A DNA stretch of 64,000 nt from the sequence record JX128259; one strand, written 5' to 3'. The translations under genes and the position numbers were made by a program. The notes beneath the pieces are model-generated. The model made no database searches and was not told where the DNA came from. It saw nothing but the letters and a program-made list of their open reading frames with translations. Positions 9,560-20,259 of this stretch are shown in pieces (positions within the stretch are counted from its first letter, which is position 1; every line of letters starts with the position of its first letter). The stretch comes from Escherichia phage ECML-134.

Positions 9560-9784
9560 TTATACAACTCTCATATGCATATCAATGCCCATATCTTTAG
9601 AATAAAAATATTCATCAAGATATCCGGCAAATTTTCCTTTAATATAAAGGACGTCTTCACCACACGGGTGGTCGGCCAGGATACGAATATCCTGACGCTT
9701 AAGATTATACTTTTTCATTAAGAATTGAATCTCAGTTTCAAATTCTTCTTCATAATTAAAAGCATCATCAATGCTATATCCCAT
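9560..9784 (-). CDS. Hypothetical protein (uvsY-downstream small ORF)
   Basis: 74-aa ORF, start overlaps uvsY stop. Confidence 0.6.
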   Translation of the reverse strand: MGYSIDDAFNYEEEFETEIQFLMKKYNLKRQDIRILADHPCGEDVLYIKGKFAGYLDEYFYSKDMGIDMHMRVV

Positions 9785-10197
9785 TATTTTCCAGCCTCAA
9801 ATGCCCGCATGTCTTGAATATGCTTAATAGCAAATCCTCGTGATTTAATAGCATCAAGAGCTCCGCTACAGAAATCTAATAAAATCCCCCAATACTGTAA
9901 CGAGGTATCAACCTTTAAAACATCCTTATCAGCTGATAGAACTGTCTTCATTTCTGATTTCTCGTAACGATCCATACTAAATTCATCACCATCTCCTCGT
10001 CCCGAGTAGTAGTCTAATTTAGCTTTAAGAGCAACTTTTTTCTGTGCGTCAATTCTAAGCATTTCCTTTTTAATACTTGAATGCTTATTAAGCCATTTAC
10101 TATATAACATCACATTATTAGCTGCTTCATACTGTAATTTAGTCGAATCTATAAACACATCTTTCTTCAATTCTTCTTGAAGATCTTCTAATCTCAT
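9784..10197 (-). CDS. uvsY: UvsY recombination mediator protein
   Basis: 137 aa, T4 length and position; MotA-type middle promoter upstream. Confidence 0.9.
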   Translation of the reverse strand: MRLEDLQEELKKDVFIDSTKLQYEAANNVMLYSKWLNKHSSIKKEMLRIDAQKKVALKAKLDYYSGRGDGDEFSMDRYEKSEMKTVLSADKDVLKVDTSLQYWGILLDFCSGALDAIKSRGFAIKHIQDMRAFEAGK

Positions 10198-10237
10198 ATT
10201 GTTCTCTATTCAATTGTTATTGGATGGACTTAGATTC

Positions 10238-10263
10238 ATTATACCACGTTTTAACGTGAAGCA
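10238..10263 (-). promoter_or_regulatory. MotA-dependent middle promoter candidate (uvsY)
   Basis: On the - strand: MotA-box-like TGCTTCA, 13-nt spacer, TATAAT. Confidence 0.55.
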
Positions 10264-10662
10264 TTATACCCTATTACTCGAAGCCAGTTGCAGTTTTATC
10301 TGCTCAATATCATCAGGGTTATCGATGACCGAAAAGCGTATTTCTACTATCAGAGTATAATCATCATAAACCGGTATTACATTAACTGCTAATTTATCAA
10401 TACGTGGCTCGTAGTTTCTTACTGCGCTTTCGATATTACGCTCAACTGTGTCAGCAGTAAGAGGAGTCATATTTTCAAAAAGTTGATCAGATAAATCGCA
10501 TCCAAATTCTGGGTCAAATGGCCTTGACCCTTTTCTGGTTGTAATAATTCCCAAAAGGCTATTTTTAATTGACCTTAATCCAAGAGATCTAGAAACATCT
10601 TTGTCCCAATCCATTTTCATTTCTGGGTCAATGTCAGAATAAAGCTTATTAATATTTGCCAT
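10264..10662 (-). CDS. 25: Baseplate wedge protein gp25
   Basis: 132 aa, T4 length and position. Confidence 0.9.
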   Translation of the reverse strand: MANINKLYSDIDPEMKMDWDKDVSRSLGLRSIKNSLLGIITTRKGSRPFDPEFGCDLSDQLFENMTPLTADTVERNIESAVRNYEPRIDKLAVNVIPVYDDYTLIVEIRFSVIDNPDDIEQIKLQLASSNRV

Positions 10663-11288
10663 TACAATAGCTCAAAGAATTCTTTGAGTCCTCTTATTAC
10701 ATGAGCGTGAGATTTTCCACACTCTGGACACTTAATTGGAACAGCCAAATAAACAGTAGGCTTTAAAAGCATATCTTTTATAGCTACAATATCTGACTCT
10801 GTGATGATAGAATATAAATCTTCCAACTCTTTTTCATTCAAGTCTTCAATTGGAATGCTTTCCCCGTTAGCATGAATCGTTTCTATGCATGATACTATCA
10901 TATGGGCTATATTTTTATCATCAAAAATTTTAGGGTATCGGAATTTAATTTTAATGTCACCCAGTGTATACCAGAGGTCTTCTGGTGCATCTATTTGCGT
11001 ATGTAATAGATTTATATGGGTTGGTATTTCAGTTCCACAGGTGCACTTCCAGGAGTTTTCGTGATTAACTTCGCCGAGAGAATGTGCCCATAAATGAATC
11101 AACAATAGTTCTGATTCTTGGCGGTTTAAATCTTTTGCATTTGTGCAGTCTTTGATTAGCTTTTTAACAATTACTTCTACAGAACCATTATTTTTGGCAG
11201 TAATAAGTTCTAGATATTCTTTAAGCGTGAATGCGCGACAATTGATTATTTTAGAACCAACTCTCACATCAAATTTGTATTCATACAT
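10662..11288 (-). CDS. 26: Baseplate hub protein gp26
   Basis: 208 aa, T4 length and position; divergent from gene 51. Confidence 0.88.
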   Translation of the reverse strand: MYEYKFDVRVGSKIINCRAFTLKEYLELITAKNNGSVEVIVKKLIKDCTNAKDLNRQESELLLIHLWAHSLGEVNHENSWKCTCGTEIPTHINLLHTQIDAPEDLWYTLGDIKIKFRYPKIFDDKNIAHMIVSCIETIHANGESIPIEDLNEKELEDLYSIITESDIVAIKDMLLKPTVYLAVPIKCPECGKSHAHVIRGLKEFFELL

Positions 11289-11309
11289 ATTTAGCTCCTT
11301 TATTTATCA

Positions 11310-11321
11310 TATTTATAAATA
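11310..11321. promoter_or_regulatory. Overlapping divergent late promoters (palindrome TATTTATAAATA) for genes 26 (-) and 51 (+)
   Basis: TATAAATA on + at 11314-11321 and on - at 11310-11317 within the 50-bp divergent intergenic region. Confidence 0.7.
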
Positions 11322-11338
11322 GAATAAAAGGAGCATCT

Positions 11339-12088
11339 ATGGCAAACATTATTCGTTGTAAATTACCAGATGGTGTTCATCGTTTTAAACCATTTACGGT
11401 AGAAGATTATCGAGATTTTTTGTTAGTTCGAAACGATATAGAACATCGGTCACCACAAGAACAAAAAGAAATAATTGCTGATTTAATTGCCGATTATTTT
11501 GGAGACTATCCGAAGACTTGGCAACCATTTATATTTTTGCAGGTATTTGTAGGGTCAATAGGTAAAACAAAAGTACCGGTCACATTTGTATGTCCAAAAT
11601 GTAAAAAAGAAAAGACAGTTCCATTTGAAATATATCAAAAAGAATTAAAGGAACCTGTTTTTGATGTAGCTAATGTTAAAATTAAATTAAAGTTTCCTTC
11701 TGAGTTTTATGAAAATAAAGCAAAGATGATTACTGAAAATATTCATTCTGTTCAAGTAGATGAAACATGGTACGATTGGAAGGAAATTAGCGAATCAAGT
11801 CAAATAGAACTTGTTGACGCCATCGAGATAGAAACATTAGAAAAAATTCTCGATTCAATGAATCCTATTAATTTAACATTGCACATGTCGTGTTGTAATA
11901 AGTATGTAAAAAAATACACTGATATAGTAGATGTGTTTAAGCTATTAGTTAACCCAGATGAAATATTTACTTTTTATCAAATTAATCACACACTTGTAAA
12001 AAGTAATTATAGCTTAAATTCAATAATGAAAATGATTCCTGCCGAGCGCGGATTCGTATTAAAACTGATTGAGAAGGATAAACAATAA
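11339..12088 (+). CDS. 51: Baseplate hub assembly protein gp51
   Basis: 249 aa; late promoter and GGAG RBS upstream. Confidence 0.88.
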   Translation: MANIIRCKLPDGVHRFKPFTVEDYRDFLLVRNDIEHRSPQEQKEIIADLIADYFGDYPKTWQPFIFLQVFVGSIGKTKVPVTFVCPKCKKEKTVPFEIYQKELKEPVFDVANVKIKLKFPSEFYENKAKMITENIHSVQVDETWYDWKEISESSQIELVDAIEIETLEKILDSMNPINLTLHMSCCNKYVKKYTDIVDVFKLLVNPDEIFTFYQINHTLVKSNYSLNSIMKMIPAERGFVLKLIEKDKQ

Positions 12089-13263
12089 TGAGTATGTTGC
12101 AACGCCCAGGATATCCAAATCTCAGCGTTAAATTATTTGATAGCTACGACGCTTGGAGTAATAATAGATTTGTTGAATTAGCTGCTACTATTACCACATT
12201 AACTATGCGGGATTCTCTTTATGGCCGAAATGAAGGAATGCTGCAGTTTTATGATTCTAAAAACATTCATACAAAAATGGATGGAAATGAAATAATTCAG
12301 ATTTCTGTAGCTAATGCAAATGATATTAATAATGTTAAAACACGAATTTATGGATGTAAGCATTTTTCCGTGTCAGTAGATTCAAAAGGTGATAACATCA
12401 TTGCTATTGAATTGGGAACTATTCATTCTATAGAAAATCTTAAATTTGGTAGACCATTTTTCCCTGATGCAGGTGAATCTATAAAAGAAATGCTTGGTGT
12501 CATTTATCAAGACCGTACATTATTAACTCCAGCGATAAATGCTATAAATGCTTATGTTCCTGATATTCCATGGACTAGCACATTTGAAAACTATTTGTCA
12601 TATGTAAGAGAAGTTGCTCTAGCTGTAGGAAGCGACAAATTTGTATTTGTATGGCAAGACATCATGGGAGTTAACATGATGGACTATGATATGATGATAA
12701 ATCAAGAACCATATCCAATGATTGTCGGTGAGCCATCTTTAATAGGTCAATTTGTCCAAGAATTAAAATATCCATTAGCATATGATTTCGTTTGGTTGAC
12801 TAAATCGAATCCTCACAAACGTGACCCAATGAAAAATGCTACTATCTATGCTCATTCATTTTTAGATTCTTCATTGCCAATGATTACTACAGGAAAGGGC
12901 GAAAACTCTATTGTAGTGTCAAGATCAGGTGCTTATTCTGAAATGACTTATAGGAATGGATATGAAGAAGCTATTCGTCTTCAAACTATGGCACAATATG
13001 ACGGCTATGCTAAATGTTCTACTGTCGGTAATTTTAACTTGACTCCTGGTGTTAAAATTATTTTTAATGATAGTAAAAACCAATTTAAAACAGAATTTTA
13101 CGTTGATGAAGTTATCCATGAATTATCCAATAATAATTCAGTAACTCATCTATATATGTTCACTAATGCAACGAAACTGGAAACAATAGACCCAGTTAAG
13201 GTTAAAAATGAATTTAAATCTGATACTACCACTGAAGAAAGTAGTTCTTCCAATAAGCAATAA
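12088..13263 (+). CDS. 27: Baseplate hub protein gp27
   Basis: 391 aa, T4 length; ATGA-type start overlap with gene 51. Confidence 0.92.
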   Translation: MSMLQRPGYPNLSVKLFDSYDAWSNNRFVELAATITTLTMRDSLYGRNEGMLQFYDSKNIHTKMDGNEIIQISVANANDINNVKTRIYGCKHFSVSVDSKGDNIIAIELGTIHSIENLKFGRPFFPDAGESIKEMLGVIYQDRTLLTPAINAINAYVPDIPWTSTFENYLSYVREVALAVGSDKFVFVWQDIMGVNMMDYDMMINQEPYPMIVGEPSLIGQFVQELKYPLAYDFVWLTKSNPHKRDPMKNATIYAHSFLDSSLPMITTGKGENSIVVSRSGAYSEMTYRNGYEEAIRLQTMAQYDGYAKCSTVGNFNLTPGVKIIFNDSKNQFKTEFYVDEVIHELSNNNSVTHLYMFTNATKLETIDPVKVKNEFKSDTTTEESSSSNKQ

Positions 13264-13741
13264 AGAAGTTTCTATTCCTAAAATGGGTCTTAAACATTAT
13301 AACATTTTAAAAGATGTTAAAGGTCCTGATGAAAATTTAAAACTTCTTATTGATTCTATTTGTCCGAATTTATCACCGGCAGAAGTTGATTTCGTTTCTA
13401 TTCATTTATTGGAATTTAATGGAAAGATTAAATCTCGTAAAGAAATAGATGGCTATACTTATGACATTAATGATGTCTATGTATGCCAAAGATTGGAATT
13501 TCAATACCAAGGAAATACATTTTATTTTAGACCTCCTGGAAAATTTGAACAATTTTTAACGGTGAGCGATATGTTATCTAAATGCTTGCTTAAGGTCAAT
13601 GATGAAGTTAAAGAAATTAATTTTCTTGAGATGCCAGCATTCGTTTTAAAATGGGCAAATGACATTTTTACAACTTTAGCAATTCCTGGCCCTAATGGTC
13701 CAATAACCGGAATTGGCAATATTATTGGATTATTTGAATGA
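13208..13741 (+). CDS. 28: Baseplate hub distal subunit gp28
   Basis: 177 aa, overlaps the end of gene 27. Confidence 0.85.
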   Translation: MNLNLILPLKKVVLPISNKEVSIPKMGLKHYNILKDVKGPDENLKLLIDSICPNLSPAEVDFVSIHLLEFNGKIKSRKEIDGYTYDINDVYVCQRLEFQYQGNTFYFRPPGKFEQFLTVSDMLSKCLLKVNDEVKEINFLEMPAFVLKWANDIFTTLAIPGPNGPITGIGNIIGLFE

Positions 13742-15510
13742 AAAAGCCACAAGAAATGCAAACGATGCGTAGAAAAGTTATTTCAGATAATAAACCAACA
13801 CAGGAAGCGGCTAAATCCGCTTCTAACACTTTATCTGGACTTAATGATATATCTACGAAATTGGATGATGCTCAAGCTGCGTCTGAATTAATAGCTCAAA
13901 CTGTCGAAGAAAAATCGAATGAAATAGTTGGAGCAATTGACAACGTAGAAAGCGCAGTGAGTGATACTACTGCTGGTTCTGAGTTAATTGCTGAAACTGT
14001 CGAAATTGGCAACAATATTAATAAAGAAATCGGTGAATCACTCGGGAGCAAATTAGATAAATTAACAAGTTTACTAGAGCAAAAAATTCAGACAGCTGGA
14101 ATTCAACAAACAGGAACCAGTTTAGCCACGGTTGAAAGCGCTATTCCTGTTAAAGTTGTTGAGGATGATACTGCCGAATCTGTGGGTCCTTTATTACCAG
14201 CTCCCGAAGCAGTTAATAATGATCCTGACGCTGATTTTTTCCCTACCCCTCAACCAGTTGAACCCAAACAAGAATCGCCAGAAGAAAAACAGAAAAAAGA
14301 AGCATTTAACTTAAAATTATCTCAAGCTTTAGATAAATTAACAAAGACTGTTGATTTTGGATTTAAGAAATCCATTTCAATTAGTGATAAAATATCAAGC
14401 ATGTTATTTAAGTACACCATAAGTGCTGCTATTGAAGCTGCTAAAATGACTGCAATGATATTGGCTGTTGTTGTTGGAATAGACCTTTTGATGGTTCATT
14501 TTAAATACTGGTCAGATAAATTTTCAAAAGCCTGGGATTTATTTAATACTGACTTTACTAAATTCTCTAGCGAAACCGGAACATGGGGTCCTTTATTACA
14601 GAGCATCTTTAGTTCTATTGATGAAATTAAAAAGTTTTGGGAAGCCGGAGATTGGGGTGGATTGACAGTAGCTATTGTTGAAGGGCTTGGAAAGGTTCTT
14701 TATAATTTAGGAGAACTTATTCAATTAGGTATGGCTAAATTATCTGCGGCAATTCTTCGAGTTATTCCTGGTATGAAGGATACTGCTGATGAAGTAGAAG
14801 GAAGAGCACTAGAAAATTTCCAAAATTCTACTGGAGCATCTCTCAGTAAAGAAGACCAAGAAAAAGTAGCAAATTATCAAGATAAACGAATGAATGGAGA
14901 CCTCGGTCCAATAGCAGAAGGACTAGATAAAATTGCGAACTGGAAAACTCGTGCATCTAACTGGATTCGTGGTGTTGATAATAAAGAAGCATTGACAACT
15001 GACGAAGAACGTGCAGCGGAAGAAGAAAAATTAAAGCAACTTTCACCTGAAGAAAGAAAAAATGCTTTAATGAAAGCTAATGAAGCTCGTGCCGCGATGA
15101 TTCGTTTTGAACAATATGCCGATTCAGCTGATATGAGTAAAGACTCAACGGTTAAATCAGTTGAAGCTGCCTATGAAGACCTTAAAAAACGGATGGATGA
15201 CCCGGATTTAAATAATTCACCGGCAGTTAAAAAAGAACTTGCTGCTAGATTTTCTAAAATTGATGCTACTTATCAAGAGCTCAAGAAAAATCAGCCTAAT
15301 GCCAAACCTGAAACTTCTGCTAAATCACCAGAAGCGAAACAAGTCCAGGTGATTGAAAAGAACAAAGCACAGCAAGCTCCTGTTCAACAAGCATCTCCTT
15401 CAATCAATAATACTAATAATGTTATTAAGAAAAATACTGTCGTTCATAATATGACACCTGTAACGAGCACGACTGCTCCTGGTGTATTTGATGCGACTGG
15501 AGTTAATTAA
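13738..15510 (+). CDS. 29: Tail tube tape-measure / baseplate hub protein gp29
   Basis: 590 aa, T4 length and position. Confidence 0.92.
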   Translation: MKKPQEMQTMRRKVISDNKPTQEAAKSASNTLSGLNDISTKLDDAQAASELIAQTVEEKSNEIVGAIDNVESAVSDTTAGSELIAETVEIGNNINKEIGESLGSKLDKLTSLLEQKIQTAGIQQTGTSLATVESAIPVKVVEDDTAESVGPLLPAPEAVNNDPDADFFPTPQPVEPKQESPEEKQKKEAFNLKLSQALDKLTKTVDFGFKKSISISDKISSMLFKYTISAAIEAAKMTAMILAVVVGIDLLMVHFKYWSDKFSKAWDLFNTDFTKFSSETGTWGPLLQSIFSSIDEIKKFWEAGDWGGLTVAIVEGLGKVLYNLGELIQLGMAKLSAAILRVIPGMKDTADEVEGRALENFQNSTGASLSKEDQEKVANYQDKRMNGDLGPIAEGLDKIANWKTRASNWIRGVDNKEALTTDEERAAEEEKLKQLSPEERKNALMKANEARAAMIRFEQYADSADMSKDSTVKSVEAAYEDLKKRMDDPDLNNSPAVKKELAARFSKIDATYQELKKNQPNAKPETSAKSPEAKQVQVIEKNKAQQAPVQQASPSINNTNNVIKKNTVVHNMTPVTSTTAPGVFDATGVN

Positions 15511-15518
15511 GGAATAAT

Positions 15519-16613
15519 ATGGCAATTGTTAAAGAAATAACTGCTGATTTAATTAAAAAGTCCGGTGAGAAAATTTCAGCCGGACAGAGTACTAAATCAG
15601 AAGTAGGAACTAAAACATACACTGCCCAGTTTCCAACTGGGCGTGCTAGTGGTAATGACACTACAGGGGACTTCCAGGTAACAGATCTATATAAGAATGG
15701 ATTATTATTTACTGCATACAATATGTCATCTAGGGATTCTGGAAGTCTTAGATCGATGAGATCTAACTACTCTTCTTCATCTTCGAGTATTTTACGTACA
15801 GCTAGAAACACTATTAGTAGTACAGTATCAAAACTATCAAATGGATTAATATCAAATAATAATTCAGGAACAATAAGTAAATCTCCTATCGCAAACACTC
15901 TTTTACCGAGATCTAAATCTGATGTTGATACATCATCACATAGATTTAATGATGTTCAAGAAAGCCTTATCAGTAGAGGCGGAGGTACTGCTACTGGTGT
16001 GCTAAGTAATATTGCTTCAACCGCAGTATTTGGGGCGCTGGAAAGTATAACACAAGGCATAATGGCTGATAATAATGAACAGATTTATACGACAGCCAGA
16101 AGTATGTATGGTGGTGCTGAAAATAGAACTAAAGTGTTTACATGGGATTTGACTCCACGTTCAACAGAAGATTTAATGGCTATTATTAATATCTATCAAT
16201 ATTTTAACTATTTTTCTTATGGTGAAACTGGTAAATCTCAATATGCTGCTGAAATAAAGGGGTATTTAGATGATTGGTATCGTTCTACGTTAATTGAACC
16301 TTTATCTCCAGAAGACGCAGCTAAAAATAAAACACTATTTGAGAAAATGACATCGAGTTTAACTAACGTTCTAGTAGTTTCAAACCCGACAGTTTGGATG
16401 GTGAAAAACTTTGGCGCAACATCTAAGTTTGATGGAAAAACGGAAATATTTGGTCCATGTCAAATACAGAGCATTAGATTTGATAAAACACCTAATGGTA
16501 ACTTTAACGGATTAGCTATTGCTCCAAACCTCCCTAGTACATTTACTCTCGAGATTACTATGAGAGAAATTATCACGTTAAACCGTGCTTCTTTATATGC
16601 GGGGACTTTTTAA
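15519..16613 (+). CDS. 48: Baseplate tail-tube junction protein gp48
   Basis: 364 aa, T4 length and position. Confidence 0.92.
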   Translation: MAIVKEITADLIKKSGEKISAGQSTKSEVGTKTYTAQFPTGRASGNDTTGDFQVTDLYKNGLLFTAYNMSSRDSGSLRSMRSNYSSSSSSILRTARNTISSTVSKLSNGLISNNNSGTISKSPIANTLLPRSKSDVDTSSHRFNDVQESLISRGGGTATGVLSNIASTAVFGALESITQGIMADNNEQIYTTARSMYGGAENRTKVFTWDLTPRSTEDLMAIINIYQYFNYFSYGETGKSQYAAEIKGYLDDWYRSTLIEPLSPEDAAKNKTLFEKMTSSLTNVLVVSNPTVWMVKNFGATSKFDGKTEIFGPCQIQSIRFDKTPNGNFNGLAIAPNLPSTFTLEITMREIITLNRASLYAGTF

Positions 16614-17578
16614 TGTATTCTTTAGAGGAATTTAATAATCAAGCAATAAACGCAGATTTCCAACGTAATAATATGTTTAGCTGCGTTTTTGCAACAACTC
16701 CATCAACTAAAAGCTCTTCGTTGATAAGTTCAATTAGCAACTTTTCTTATAATAACTTGGGCCTAAATTCAGATTGGTTAGGATTAACTCAAGGCGATAT
16801 TAATCAGGGAATTACCACGCTAATTACAGCTGGCACACAAAAACTGATAAGAAAATCAGGAGTTAGTAAATATCTTATTGGTGCCATGAGTCAACGTACA
16901 GTTCAAAGTTTATTAGGATCATTTACAGTTGGTACATATTTAATTGACTTCTTTAACATGGCATATAACTCATCTGGATTGATGATATATTCTGTAAAAA
17001 TGCCAGAGAATAGATTATCCTATGAAACTGACTGGAACTACAACTCTCCTAATATTCGTATAACTGGGAGAGAATTAGACCCTTTGGTTATTTCATTTAG
17101 AATGGATTCAGAAGCTTGTAACTATCGTGCAATGCAAGACTGGGTTAACTCTGTTCAAGACCCAGTAACTGGATTACGTGCTTTGCCGCAAGATGTCGAG
17201 GCAGATATTCAGGTTAATCTTCATTCTCGCAATGGATTACCTCATACTGCGGTGATGTTCACCGGATGCATTCCAATATCAGTGAGCGCTCCTGAGTTAT
17301 CATATGATGGAGATAACCAAATAACTACATTTGATGTTACTTTTGCGTACAGAGTGATGCAGGCTGGAGCAGTTGATAGGCAAGCTGCGCTTGAATGGCT
17401 TGAATCTGCTGCTATAAATGGTATTCAAAGCGTTCTCGGAAATAGTGGAGGTGTTACTGGACTATCTAATTCGCTTTCACGACTTAGTAGATTAGGAGGA
17501 ACTGCAGGAAGCATTTCAAACATTAATACTATGACAGGAATTGTCAATTCGCAGAGTAAAATATTAGGAGCAATATAA
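16613..17578 (+). CDS. 54: Baseplate tail-tube initiator gp54
   Basis: 321 aa, gp48 paralogue, followed by a strong hairpin terminator. Confidence 0.92.
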   Translation: MYSLEEFNNQAINADFQRNNMFSCVFATTPSTKSSSLISSISNFSYNNLGLNSDWLGLTQGDINQGITTLITAGTQKLIRKSGVSKYLIGAMSQRTVQSLLGSFTVGTYLIDFFNMAYNSSGLMIYSVKMPENRLSYETDWNYNSPNIRITGRELDPLVISFRMDSEACNYRAMQDWVNSVQDPVTGLRALPQDVEADIQVNLHSRNGLPHTAVMFTGCIPISVSAPELSYDGDNQITTFDVTFAYRVMQAGAVDRQAALEWLESAAINGIQSVLGNSGGVTGLSNSLSRLSRLGGTAGSISNINTMTGIVNSQSKILGAI

Positions 17579-17582
17579 CAAT

Positions 17583-17609
17583 GGGGACCTTTCGGTCCCC
17601 ATATTTTTA
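17583..17609. terminator. Hairpin terminator after gene 54 (convergent junction)
   Basis: GGGGACC-TTTC-GGTCCCC followed by a T-rich run. Confidence 0.8.
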
Positions 17610-17897
17610 TTTACGGAATGAAATGAAAGCAGCAACTGAAGCAACTAAACTGTCTTCAATATAAACTTCAATTTTTACCGGAGCTTCTGACTCAAATTTA
17701 CCTGTTACTACACCCTGAAAAATACTTTCAGTCTGTTCTGGCTTTGAAAAATTTTCAGAAGGAAAAATTCCGAACTTTTTATCTGTTCCAAAAATTTTGA
17801 TAAATTCATCATAAACTGCTTCATTAAAAGCATTATCAGCAGGAATAACGCCTTCAACTACAAGTTCTTGACCTAAAAAGCGTAAAGAAGATTTCAT
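17607..17897 (-). CDS. Hypothetical protein (alt-downstream ORF)
   Basis: 96-aa ORF with GAGGAA RBS and its own early promoter. Confidence 0.65.
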   Translation of the reverse strand: MKSSLRFLGQELVVEGVIPADNAFNEAVYDEFIKIFGTDKKFGIFPSENFSKPEQTESIFQGVVTGKFESEAPVKIEVYIEDSLVASVAAFISFRK

Positions 17898-17928
17898 TTT
17901 GTGTTCCTCATGTTATGTCAGTAAGACT

Positions 17929-17958
17929 ACTATAACACAACATAAGGAACTTGTAAAC
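17929..17958 (-). promoter_or_regulatory. Early (sigma70-type) promoter TTTACA-N17-TATAGT
   Basis: -35 and -10 hexamers with 17-nt spacer on the - strand upstream of ORF 17607..17897; -35 overlaps the alt stop. Confidence 0.7.
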
Positions 17959-20021
17959 TACATCTTGAACTTTTTAGACATTCCGTTGATGTTAACCAAA
18001 GAAGCTAAGATTTGAGAAACTTCGTTTTCCTCTTCTTTTGATTCTTCTACAAGGAATTGATTAAATCCAGCCATTGGACGAACTTCACCAGTTTCCATTA
18101 GATGGTCTCCATCATATACTGATTCTTCTAATTGTTCAGAAGGAGGAACGATTGTACCTTCGATTAGATACTTGTTATAAGCAGTTTCTTTCATAAAGTA
18201 CGTACTTACTTTATTAATCTTCAGTAAAATTCCACGCGGTAGAATAACTTCAGCTTCTGATGGAAATCCTGATAAATGACCTGGAACGATAACTTTGATT
18301 CGCTCAGCTCCTTTAATTACCATACCCACGCTAGTTTCAGCATCTTCATTGGCATATGTAGAATGACTACCCATATGCATTAAATCTTCTGCATCAACGG
18401 AACCTTCTCCTTCGCCAGAAAATACTGCGCCGGAATCATCTAGAGCCATATAGTTTTTACCATGCTCACCGAAGATATTTGGTTTAAGTGATGTCGATAC
18501 GAAGTTCTTGAAATAGAACATTTTATTTTCAATGTTATGACGCAAAGTTTTAAAGGTAACTTCTTGTCCACGGTAAAGTGTAGTTCCTGGAGGAAGAACT
18601 GATCCTTTGGCAAAGGCAGAATCTAACGTCTCGATGTGCTTAATAGCTCGTTCCATGTATTCTTCACGGGTAGAATCTGGTTTACCCAAAAGGAACGAGT
18701 TCATTTCAACATATGAATCTGCACAATAATCTTCAATTACATCAGATTCAGCCTGAGTCAGTCCTTTTGGAGTTACTTCGGTGCTTGCGTATTCATATGC
18801 CTGAGCAGCAGATTCATTAATCAATTTATAAATGCCATTCATTACAAATTGAATAATAGCTGTCTTTTCATCTGACGTAGCTTTAGAACCTTTAACTAAA
18901 TCATTGATAATTTTCTTAATAACATCAAAGCTATTAGAAATATTAATGTCAGCAAGATCGCTTAAAATTTTATCAGTTTTATAATCAAAGAATTCTTTAT
19001 TCTTTAAATATTCTTGAGAACCTTGATATGTTATATCGCTCTGCAGCTTGATAGATGGATCGCGTAAACGTGCATGGGCTAATGCAATATGATTTCGGAA
19101 ACTTTCTAGTTCATAATCATTAGATTTAAAACGAGAAGCACTTCTCATACCACCGATAGCTCCTTTGCTGAAGTTTGAACCAATCTGGATAACGCCAGAG
19201 TTCATTGGTCCTTCTGCTTTATATACCGGAACTTTAGATTCAAACTCTTGATATTTCTTGGCAGCGAAGCTATCACCCTGAAGTGAAGCATCAACAGTAG
19301 AATATTGAGCTTGTGCTGCTAATCGACGACTAATTTTAGTTTTCTGAATAACAGCTTGATCAGTGCGCTTATCATTTTCTAAAGCAATAGAAGCAGCAAC
19401 AGCGACAGCTTTAGGAACAGCATTACCTGTTTTAACGTCTACATAAACATCACCAACCTTTGATTCAACTTTTGTGAATAACTCAGTTGAAATAGGAGGT
19501 ACACCTGGAATGTCTTCTAAATTGGCATTTTTACGGTAAACCATAATATATGCATACTTTTTATCGTAATCCCAGAGTTCCTTAAGAAGGACGTATCTGC
19601 CACCTGAACGACTACGGATAAGTCTATCAGCAATAACTTGAATTTGTCGAGCTTGGCCAGCAGTTTTAGACTTAAGAATACGAAGCATACAAGCATCAAT
19701 TTTATATTGACGCATTGTTTGCATTGCAACAGTAAAAACTGAATTGATATAATTAATTGGGCTTGGACCAAGACCTTTTAATTTAGCAATTGAACCTTTA
19801 GCAGTTAATGTAAAAGGAACAATATGCATCATTTTGTCGCCCATTTTTAAATCGCGATTAGTATCACCTCCAGATGTATAGGTACATAAACGAAAGCCTG
19901 GTTGTTCAATTGCATCATCAACATGAACTGAAAAAATTTGTGGTATTTTCTTCTTTGGATTTAAGTTTGTAATCGGAAGAGTAGTATCTTCGTCAAATAA
20001 TTCTGTAATGAGTTCCATCAT
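17958..20021 (-). CDS. alt: Alt ADP-ribosyltransferase (packaged in the virion, modifies host RNA polymerase)
   Basis: 687-aa ORF at the T4 alt position; ART-type motifs (Y-R-G, STS region, EVILP) in the C-terminal half. Confidence 0.88.
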   Translation of the reverse strand: MMELITELFDEDTTLPITNLNPKKKIPQIFSVHVDDAIEQPGFRLCTYTSGGDTNRDLKMGDKMMHIVPFTLTAKGSIAKLKGLGPSPINYINSVFTVAMQTMRQYKIDACMLRILKSKTAGQARQIQVIADRLIRSRSGGRYVLLKELWDYDKKYAYIMVYRKNANLEDIPGVPPISTELFTKVESKVGDVYVDVKTGNAVPKAVAVAASIALENDKRTDQAVIQKTKISRRLAAQAQYSTVDASLQGDSFAAKKYQEFESKVPVYKAEGPMNSGVIQIGSNFSKGAIGGMRSASRFKSNDYELESFRNHIALAHARLRDPSIKLQSDITYQGSQEYLKNKEFFDYKTDKILSDLADINISNSFDVIKKIINDLVKGSKATSDEKTAIIQFVMNGIYKLINESAAQAYEYASTEVTPKGLTQAESDVIEDYCADSYVEMNSFLLGKPDSTREEYMERAIKHIETLDSAFAKGSVLPPGTTLYRGQEVTFKTLRHNIENKMFYFKNFVSTSLKPNIFGEHGKNYMALDDSGAVFSGEGEGSVDAEDLMHMGSHSTYANEDAETSVGMVIKGAERIKVIVPGHLSGFPSEAEVILPRGILLKINKVSTYFMKETAYNKYLIEGTIVPPSEQLEESVYDGDHLMETGEVRPMAGFNQFLVEESKEEENEVSQILASLVNINGMSKKFKM

Positions 20022-20041
20022 ATCCTCTCTAGTGTTTATTC

Positions 20042-20049
20042 TATTTATA
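20042..20049 (-). promoter_or_regulatory. Late promoter TATAAATA (alt)
   Basis: Octamer on the - strand about 20 nt upstream of the alt ATG. Confidence 0.65.
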
Positions 20050-20070
20050 AAATTAAAGGCCCGAAGGCCT

Positions 20071-20259
20071 TTAATAATCTATTGGTAAGAGAGTACGATA
20101 TATTTCAAACTTTGGACCTTTTTCATAGGCATCAAATGTTTCTGTGAATTTATTATAAGCATATGCATCTATAAATTCAATCATGATTTGTGATACAGAA
20201 GTAGAAACATCTCCACCTTCTTTTTGAGCCACGACAATTGTTTCTAAGTAAGCTTTCAT
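20071..20259 (-). CDS. Hypothetical protein
   Basis: 62-aa ORF between gene 30 and alt. Confidence 0.5.
   Translation of the reverse strand: MKAYLETIVVAQKEGGDVSTSVSQIMIEFIDAYAYNKFTETFDAYEKGPKFEIYRTLLPIDY

Noticed and set aside
9464-9721. 85-aa + strand ORF in the uvsW.1-uvsY intergenic region
   Set aside because: Overlaps two better-supported - strand ORFs with RBSs; no RBS of its own; low-complexity translation.
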